64,000 nucleotides of DNA from Bacteroidota bacterium. Lineage in GTDB: Bacteria; Bacteroidota; Bacteroidia; Chitinophagales; LD1. This document shows, piece by piece, positions 57,463-64,000 of the stretch. The notes beneath the pieces are model-generated. The model ran no database searches, was not told where the DNA came from, and worked only from the letters and a program-made list of their open reading frames with translations. Where the stretch lies: positions 6,696 through 70,695 of the forward strand of contig CANJVG010000003.1 in NCBI GenBank assembly GCA_947478005.1, in the 5' to 3' direction. Positions within the stretch are counted from its first letter, which is position 1. Every line of letters starts with the position of its first letter. The translations under genes were made by a program, and so were the position numbers.

Positions 57463-60400
57463 ATGAGTTTACCCGGTTTAAGTTTAAAGCGTCCTGTCCT
57501 GGCCATTGTCATGAGCATTGTTATTGTGCTCTTTGGTGCCATTGGCTATAAGTTTTTGGGTGTGCGCGAATATCCGAGTATTGACCCTCCGGTTATTACG
57601 GTGCGCACCAACTACACCGGTGCCAATGCCGATGTAATAGAATCGCAAATTACCGAGCCACTCGAAAAAGCCATTAATGGAGTAGAGGGCATCCGCACCA
57701 TTTCTTCGTCCAGCAATCAAGGCTCTTCTATTATAACTGTGGAGTTTAATCTTGGTGCAAATCTCGAAGCCGCCGCCAATGATGTGCGCGATAAAGTTTC
57801 ACAGGGTATTCGATTGCTGCCGCAGGATATTGATGCACCCCCGGTGGTTACCAAAGCCGATGCGAACAGCGATGCTATCATAAGCATGACGGTGCAGAGC
57901 AACACCCGCAACCAATTGCAGGTGAGTGACTATGCTTCGAATGTATTGCTCGAAAAGCTGCAAACTATTCCGGGTGTGAGCACGGTGCAGATTTGGGGCG
58001 AGAAAAAGTATGCCATGCGTTTGTGGGTTGACCCACTGAAACTCTCAGCTTACTCGCTTTCGTTTACTGATATTCAAAATGCACTGACCAAAGAAAATGT
58101 GGAGCTTCCAGCAGGTAAGGTATATGGTAATAACACAGAGTTAACTGTAAAAACGTTCGGCAGATTGACGACTGAGAGTGATTTTGAAAACCTGATAATA
58201 AAGAGTGGCGATAATCAAATCATTCGTTTGCGCGATGTAGCTAATGTGGTGCTTGGCCCCGAAAACGAAGAAACTGTTTTGAAAGAAAGCGGAGTGCCGA
58301 TGGTGGCACTTGCCATCACTCCGCAGCCCGGCAGCAACTATGTAGAAATAGCCGATGAGTTTTACAAACGCTACGAACAGATAAAGAAGGAAGTGCCCGA
58401 GGATATTAAACTCGACATTGCCCTCGACCAAACTGTTTTTGTAAAGCGTTCGATTACCGAAGTAGGTGAAACATTGGCCATTGCGTTTGCTTTGGTGGTG
58501 ATTATCATCTTCCTGTTTTTCCGCGACTGGCTCATTGCCATTCGTCCCTTGATTGATATTCCTGTTTCATTGATTGGTGCGTTCTTCATTATGTATATGG
58601 CGGGGTTCACTATAAATGTACTCACGCTCTTAGCTATTGTATTGGCTACAGGATTGGTGGTGGACGATGGAATCGTAGTGACCGAAAATATTTTCAAAAA
58701 GCTGGAAGCCGGGTTAGATAAACACCGGGCGGCTAAGGAAGGTAGCGAAGAAATTTTCTTTGCGGTGATTGCCACATCTATCACACTGGCGGTGGTTTTT
58801 CTTCCCATCATTTTCTTACAGGGTTTTGTTGGCAGTTTGTTTCGCGAGTTTGGAATTGTAGTAGCGGGGGCGGTTTTGATTTCCGCTTTTGTATCACTTA
58901 CACTTACTCCTGTGCTGAACGTGTTGCTGACCCGAAAGGAAAACAAGCGCACCTGGTTCTACGAAAAGACGGAACCGTTTTACGTAGCTCTCGATAACGG
59001 TTATCGTGAATCGTTGCAGACATTTATGAAGCGCAGATGGCTGGCATTTCCTATTTTGATTGCTTGTGCAGGATTTATCTTTTTGATTGGAAAAAGTTTG
59101 CCAAGCGAATTGGCGCCTATGGAAGACCGCGGAGCTTTTCGCTTAAGCGTGAGCACGCCCGAGGGAACGTCTTACGATTATATGAATCGTTACATGGATA
59201 AACTGGTGCACTTTGCGATGGATTCGGTGCCCGAAGCAAAAATTGTGTTGAGTGTAACATCTCCTAACTTTGCAGGAAGTGGCGCGGTAAATACAGGCTT
59301 TGTTCGTATGCGTTTAAGCGAACCTGATGAACGCATACGTTCGCAAAACGATGTGGCGCAATATGTAGCAAAGAACTCAGGGCGATTTAATGAAGGCAAG
59401 GTTTTCCCTATTCAGGATCAAACTATTTCTACCGGAGGTGGTGCGCGCTTTGGTTTGCCGGTGCAGTTTGTCATTCAGAATTTGAACTTCGAGAAGATAC
59501 GCGAGGTGTTGCCTAAGTTTTTGGAAGAGGCGAATAAGAACCCAACGTTTCAGGGGGTGGATGTGAATTTGAAATTCAACAAACCCGAACTGCAGATTGA
59601 AATAAACCGATTGAAAGCAAATGACCTTGGGGTTAGTGTTTTAGATATTTCAACCACGCTTCAATTGGCATTGAGCGGAAGACGATTGGGTTACTTTATC
59701 ATGAACGGTAAACAATACCAGGTGATAGGGCAGGTGGATAGAGAAAACCGCGATGAGCCGCTTGATTTGAAAACGTTTTTTGTGCGCAACAACAAGGGCG
59801 CTTTGATTCAGCTCGACAACCTGGTGACTATTACCGAGCAGAGTAATCCTCCGCAGCTTTATCACTTCGACCGCTATAAAAGCGCTACTGTTTCTGCGGG
59901 CCTTGCTCCGGGTAAAACAGTAGGTGATGGGGTGCTGGCGATGGAAGAAATTTCGAAAAAGGTGTTGGATGAATCATTCAACACGGCACTTACCGGTGCT
60001 TCGCGCGATTTCAAGGAAAGTTCTTCGAACATTGGCTTTGCATTTGTCCTCGCGCTGATACTTATCTTCTTAATTCTGGCAGCACAGTTCGAAAGTTTTG
60101 TGGACCCGCTGATTATCATGTTCACGGTTCCATTGGCTATTGCGGGTGCCTTGCTGAGCTTGTGGATGTTTAATCAAACACTGAACATCTTCTCACAAAT
60201 CGGCATCATCATGTTGATTGGCTTGGTGACCAAGAACGGGATTTTGATTGTAGAGTTCGCGAACAAAAAACGCGAGGCTGGTGAAGAGAAATTAGAAGCG
60301 GTGATAGATGCAGCCGCGCTTCGCTTGCGCCCTATTCTGATGACGAGTTTGGCTACTGCGTTGGGTGCCTTGCCTATTGCCCTGGCGCTGGGTGCAGGAG

Positions 60401-60525
60401 CATCGAGCCGCGTATCGTTGGGTATTGTGGTAATAGGCGGCCTCATGTTCTCGCTGATACTTACCCTGTATGTTATCCCTTCTATGTATTCCTATCTTTC
60501 AAGAACCAAGAAACATGCTGAATAG
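57463..60525 (+). CDS. RND efflux permease (AcrB/MdtB-like)
   Basis: KRPVLA, GLVVDDGIVVTENI, GLVTKNGILIVEFA, RLRPILMT. Confidence 0.97.
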   Translation: MSLPGLSLKRPVLAIVMSIVIVLFGAIGYKFLGVREYPSIDPPVITVRTNYTGANADVIESQITEPLEKAINGVEGIRTISSSSNQGSSIITVEFNLGANLEAAANDVRDKVSQGIRLLPQDIDAPPVVTKADANSDAIISMTVQSNTRNQLQVSDYASNVLLEKLQTIPGVSTVQIWGEKKYAMRLWVDPLKLSAYSLSFTDIQNALTKENVELPAGKVYGNNTELTVKTFGRLTTESDFENLIIKSGDNQIIRLRDVANVVLGPENEETVLKESGVPMVALAITPQPGSNYVEIADEFYKRYEQIKKEVPEDIKLDIALDQTVFVKRSITEVGETLAIAFALVVIIIFLFFRDWLIAIRPLIDIPVSLIGAFFIMYMAGFTINVLTLLAIVLATGLVVDDGIVVTENIFKKLEAGLDKHRAAKEGSEEIFFAVIATSITLAVVFLPIIFLQGFVGSLFREFGIVVAGAVLISAFVSLTLTPVLNVLLTRKENKRTWFYEKTEPFYVALDNGYRESLQTFMKRRWLAFPILIACAGFIFLIGKSLPSELAPMEDRGAFRLSVSTPEGTSYDYMNRYMDKLVHFAMDSVPEAKIVLSVTSPNFAGSGAVNTGFVRMRLSEPDERIRSQNDVAQYVAKNSGRFNEGKVFPIQDQTISTGGGARFGLPVQFVIQNLNFEKIREVLPKFLEEANKNPTFQGVDVNLKFNKPELQIEINRLKANDLGVSVLDISTTLQLALSGRRLGYFIMNGKQYQVIGQVDRENRDEPLDLKTFFVRNNKGALIQLDNLVTITEQSNPPQLYHFDRYKSATVSAGLAPGKTVGDGVLAMEEISKKVLDESFNTALTGASRDFKESSSNIGFAFVLALILIFLILAAQFESFVDPLIIMFTVPLAIAGALLSLWMFNQTLNIFSQIGIIMLIGLVTKNGILIVEFANKKREAGEEKLEAVIDAAALRLRPILMTSLATALGALPIALALGAGASSRVSLGIVVIGGLMFSLILTLYVIPSMYSYLSRTKKHAE

Positions 60526-61819
60526 AATCGGAATCGCGTTTATGTTTCTTTTATGCCTGGTGGTGCTGGCGCCATCCAAAGCAGCGGCACAGGAAACCCT
60601 CACGATTGAGCAGGCCATTGAATTGGCGATGAAGAATAACTACGATATTCAAATAGCGAAGAACGATGCGGAGATTGCCGCGCGAAACAATTCGGTGGGC
60701 AATGCCGGCATGTTGCCGAAGATAAACGGAACGTTGAGCGACAACTACACGCTGAATAATCTGAACCAAAAATTTACGAACGGTACCGAGATAGACAAAA
60801 ACAATGTGACCGGCAATAATCTGACTGCCGGTGTGGCTCTTAACTGGACTTTGTTTGATGGGCTGAAAATGTTTGCGACCAAGGGCAAGCTGAAGCGACT
60901 GGCGGAGATTGGCGAGTTGCAGTTTAAGGATGAAATGCAGACGGTGGTGGCTAACGTGTTGAATGCATACTATGACGTGGTGCGTGCGCAGCAACAGTTG
61001 AAGGCCATTGATGAAGCCATCCGCATTTCGAACGAACGGGTGAAGCTCGCGGACATGAAATTTCAGGTGGGCAGTTCGAGCAAGGTTGATTTGCTGCAGG
61101 CCAAAGTGGATTTGAATGAACAGAAAAGCAATTTGCTTTCGCAACGGAAAACGGTGGAACAGCGCAAGGCTGATTTAAACACGTTGCTGTCGCGCAATGC
61201 CGAAACTGATTTTTCGGTAACCGATTCGATTCCTTTCAACGAACCAAAAATCTCTACGGAGTTAGACAAGAACTTCCAACTGCAGGCGGCTATGAAGAAT
61301 ATGGAGGTGGCGAAGTTTGCGAAGAGGGAAGCCTTCTCACAGTTTCTTCCAAACCTGAACGGCAATGTAGGTTACAGTTACAATCGCGCCAACAGCACGG
61401 CCGGTTTTTCGTTGTTCAATCAGTCGTATGGATTGAATGCCGGCTTTAGTTTAAACGTTCCGCTGTTCAACGGGCGGAACACCATTCGCCAAAATAAAAT
61501 TGCTTCTATTCAAATTCTTTCCTCGCAGTTCAATCTCGAGAAGGTGCGGTTTCAGATTAAGCTGAACAACTACAGAGCGATTAAAGAGTTGGCCAAAGCT
61601 AAAGAGCAGTTGACCTTGGAAACAGAAAATATTTCCCTGGCCGATGAGAATCAAAAAATTGCGTTGGAGCGTTTTCGATTGGCACAGTCCACGGCTATTG
61701 AACTTCGCGAAGCGCAAATCAGTTTTGTGAATGCCCAAACGCGGCTGGTGAACGCGCGCTATGATGCCAAAGCTGCAGAGACAGAACTGCTGCGCCTGCA
61801 GGGCGAGTTGGTGAAATAA
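60515..61819 (+). CDS. TolC family outer membrane efflux protein
   Basis: LTIEQAIELAMKNN, LNWTLFDG, VPLFNG motifs; third gene of the RND operon. Confidence 0.95.
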   Translation: MLNRIGIAFMFLLCLVVLAPSKAAAQETLTIEQAIELAMKNNYDIQIAKNDAEIAARNNSVGNAGMLPKINGTLSDNYTLNNLNQKFTNGTEIDKNNVTGNNLTAGVALNWTLFDGLKMFATKGKLKRLAEIGELQFKDEMQTVVANVLNAYYDVVRAQQQLKAIDEAIRISNERVKLADMKFQVGSSSKVDLLQAKVDLNEQKSNLLSQRKTVEQRKADLNTLLSRNAETDFSVTDSIPFNEPKISTELDKNFQLQAAMKNMEVAKFAKREAFSQFLPNLNGNVGYSYNRANSTAGFSLFNQSYGLNAGFSLNVPLFNGRNTIRQNKIASIQILSSQFNLEKVRFQIKLNNYRAIKELAKAKEQLTLETENISLADENQKIALERFRLAQSTAIELREAQISFVNAQTRLVNARYDAKAAETELLRLQGELVK

Positions 61820-61893
61820 AGTCTTACGGCATTCCAGCCGCCTCTCCATTCATGGTGCTGTCATTTTAATCCTAACTTTATCCAAATTCTAAA

Positions 61894-62298
61894 ATGAAAA
61901 AATCAGCCATCCTTCTTGCCTGTCTGTTGTTCTTTGCCAAAGCGCATAGCCAAACCGCTCTGTTCTTTTGCGCTTATGTAAACGAATCGGGCAATTGTTT
62001 TATGAACAACAACCAATTTATTGCTTCGCCCGACAGCACTGTCCAACGGATTTTTATGCAGGCGGAAGACCCCCGGACTTTTTCGGGCACCTCCAAGGTG
62101 ATTTTCAAAGTTTATACGGTGGGTAAAAACGGGGTGGAAACTTATGACAGCTCCTCCGAACAAAACGTGCAGAACGATTGGATTTTTGCCTGGACGCCCT
62201 ATAGCTTCAAAGCGCCCGGCACCTATAAGGTGAAAGTCTTCAACGACCGAAACCAATTGCTTTGCGAAAAAGGGCTGACGTTTTTTGCGGGGAAATAA
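61894..62298 (+). CDS. Exported hypothetical protein (single beta-sandwich-like domain)
   Basis: Signal peptide ending AHS-Q; PGTYKVKVFN motif. Confidence 0.75.
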   Translation: MKKSAILLACLLFFAKAHSQTALFFCAYVNESGNCFMNNNQFIASPDSTVQRIFMQAEDPRTFSGTSKVIFKVYTVGKNGVETYDSSSEQNVQNDWIFAWTPYSFKAPGTYKVKVFNDRNQLLCEKGLTFFAGK

Positions 62299-62300
62299 GT

Positions 62301-62464
62301 TGGGGTTCCCGCGAGGCGCGGTCGCGCTTTCCGTTCCGCTCTTTTTTTGCTGTATTTTGTCCTCCGCTGGCGGAGGTGGCTCGCTGCTCTGAGCGAGACG
62401 GAGGTGGATGTATTAGTCTTTCTCTCCCAGCAAAAAAAGGAGCTCCACTACAATCGCTAACCCG
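62301..62464. repeat. Structured GC-rich intergenic element with a nested REP-like unit
   Basis: Outer 12-bp stem CTTTTTTTGCTG (62341-62352)/CAGCAAAAAAAG (62428-62439) enclosing hairpins CCTCCGCTGGCGGAGG and CTCGC..GCGAG. Confidence 0.65.
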
Positions 62465-62531
62465 ACCTGTCCCGCTTGGGGTTTCCTTTAACTGCGTGCT
62501 GGCGGGAAAAAAAACAGCCAACAAGGAATAT

Positions 62532-63065
62532 TTATTCTACCAGAAATTTAGCCTTATATCCTTGTTTGTTCCATTCGTTACAAATAGCTTCTAAGTTTTC
62601 CTTTTGTTGGGATCCATCCGCTATAAATTTGTATCTGTAATGAGTATTATGAACGTATAAATCAAACCTGCACTCGAAAATATTTGTCAAGAAGACAATC
62701 ATTGATTCACCAGGGTAGAAAGATTGTTGAAAAATGTTGAGGTATTGAATCTCTTCTATTCGAAAGGTTTTATCGCTTTCATTCTTTAGATTAACGATAA
62801 TCCTGTCATCTACCAGTGAGAAAGTGCCTAATATATTGTGAACCTTTGTCTTCGTTTTATAAACAGAATATGCAAGCACTGAAACAAAAGCAATTGGAAG
62901 CACAATGGCCAGAACAGTAAACATCTCATCACGTATCCAATGCGGTATGAAATGCATAACTAAGAATACTAAGCTTGGTGGTATATATCCGATGAGCACT
63001 AGACCGTCCCCACCTTTTATATCAGGCGGCTCAATAATTTTCCCCTGAAATTCTCTCCAACTCAT
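62532..63065 (-). CDS. Hypothetical membrane protein (two TM helices plus soluble domain)
   Basis: 177-aa ORF with two hydrophobic segments; visibly AT-richer than its neighbours. Confidence 0.7.
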   Translation of the reverse strand: MSWREFQGKIIEPPDIKGGDGLVLIGYIPPSLVFLVMHFIPHWIRDEMFTVLAIVLPIAFVSVLAYSVYKTKTKVHNILGTFSLVDDRIIVNLKNESDKTFRIEEIQYLNIFQQSFYPGESMIVFLTNIFECRFDLYVHNTHYRYKFIADGSQQKENLEAICNEWNKQGYKAKFLVE

Positions 63066-63256
63066 GATGCATTATTCTCCCTCAAACCTAAAACTTTCCT
63101 TCAATCCCCCAACCTCCTCTTAATCTCCTCCACACTCATTCCTTTCAGTTTCTTTTCGAGATTAAACGTTGCCTTTTTTTCTCGGCAGGGTCTCTGCCTC
63201 AGGACCCTGCGTTCTGTAAGGTATATCTAACCTTCCCCCCGTATTTCCCTCGGCCT

Positions 63257-63450
63257 TGAGGATTTGGGCGTTAAAAAAATCATGGAAGAAACCGTTAAGA
63301 ACTGCACACTGTTTGAGCGCAACCAACACTTTCAATTTGCGACCAAACCTCATGCGCGAGTTTGTGCAGTTTAGGTTTCTGTAATGATTTTTAGCCCAAA
63401 GCCTCACAGCCTTGAACTTTTGGTTCTTTTGGTTCAAGCCAAAAGAACAA
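63257..63450. repeat. Large stem-loop intergenic element with terminal hairpin
   Basis: TGAGG.TTTGGGC..AAAAATCAT..AGAAACC pairs with GGTTTCT..ATGATTTTT.GCCCAAA.CCTCA; inner AACTGCACA/TGTGCAGTT; then GTTCTTTTGG-TTCAAG-CCAAAAGAAC. Confidence 0.7.
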
Positions 63451-63470
63451 CCATTTTAACAATCAACCCA

Positions 63471-63640
63471 AAACAAACCTCCCCAGCCCAAAACAAACCC
63501 GAACTCCCGCTAAACAAACCCGAATTGCACCCGAACAAACCAGAATTGCCATCAAACAAACCATAACCCCGCATAAAAAAACCCGAATTCCGGTAAAACA
63601 AACCAGAACTCGGGTTAAATAAACCTAAGCGGGGTGTTTC
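63471..63640. repeat. Array D: 21-nt-period degenerate tandem array (single orientation)
   Basis: AAACC at 63495, 63516, 63537, 63558, 63579, 63600, 63621 (and 63475); consensus about AACAAACCMGAAYTNCNNNNN. Confidence 0.9.
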
Positions 63641-63724
63641 TCTTTACACCTCCGCCAATTTCGTAAACTTCAACTTACTATGCCGTTGTTGGTCGCCTGA
63701 CCAACAAGCCGTTAAAAGCTTACC

Positions 63725-64000
63725 TCACAAAAAGTATTTCTTATACCAATATTGAAACACCAGCAGGCCCCAAACCGTGGCATGAGCATCGCCCGGATTG
63801 TTGCTGAACAGTTTTTGTTTCAGGCTTTCGATTTGAGCGGGGTTGAAAATGTTTTGCTCTTCAATAAATTTTTTGGACAGCAGCTCTTCTTCAATTAAAG
63901 AACGCAAACCGGTTTTCATCCACTTCAACAGCGGCACCTCAAACCCGTGTTTTGGGCGGGTGAATATTTCATCGGGCAAATCTTTTCTGAAAGCATCTTT
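63725..64000 (-). CDS. asnB: Asparagine synthase (glutamine-hydrolysing) family, C-terminal end; starts beyond window
   Basis: KDAFRKDLPDEIFTRPKHGFEVPLLKW...VWGLLVFQYW typical C-terminus. Confidence 0.85.
   Translation of the reverse strand, partial: KDAFRKDLPDEIFTRPKHGFEVPLLKWMKTGLRSLIEEELLSKKFIEEQNIFNPAQIESLKQKLFSNNPGDAHATVWGLLVFQYWYKKYFL

Noticed and set aside
62240-63566. Short ORFs at 62240-62594, 63162-63437 and 63384-63566
   Set aside because: They run through hairpin elements or array D and lack protein-like features or good starts.

Overview
This is a gene-dense chromosomal window from a Bacteroidota bacterium (sprA, gldD/gldE, a T9SS cargo protein and TAnnTTTG-type promoters). Most genes are housekeeping: mnmG, ybeY, corA, nadD, tatA, gatA, ruvA, bshA, uvrA, ssb, mutY, HU, lpxH, an RND efflux operon and a TonB-dependent receptor. 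It appears to span the replication origin: a DnaA-box cluster with an unwinding-type motif lies at 21.7-22.1 kb and parS-like sites lie beside mnmG, with no dnaA in view. The least explained structure is four intergenic arrays with a 21-nt period and unrelated consensus sequences (about 8.2, 37.4, 52.3 and 63.5 kb). Three consist of two oppositely oriented arms, and one sits between a stand-alone HTH gene and a 313-aa hypothetical gene. Also seen: a promoter-to-terminator small RNA candidate, a WYL regulator with a palindromic operator facing two unknown genes, heptamer repeats inside conserved genes, a near-perfect 65-bp palindrome, and a long Lys-rich segment in SprA. No rRNA, tRNA, CRISPR array, transposase or integrase was recognised. 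All calls are by eye from the sequence and ORF track; no searches were run.
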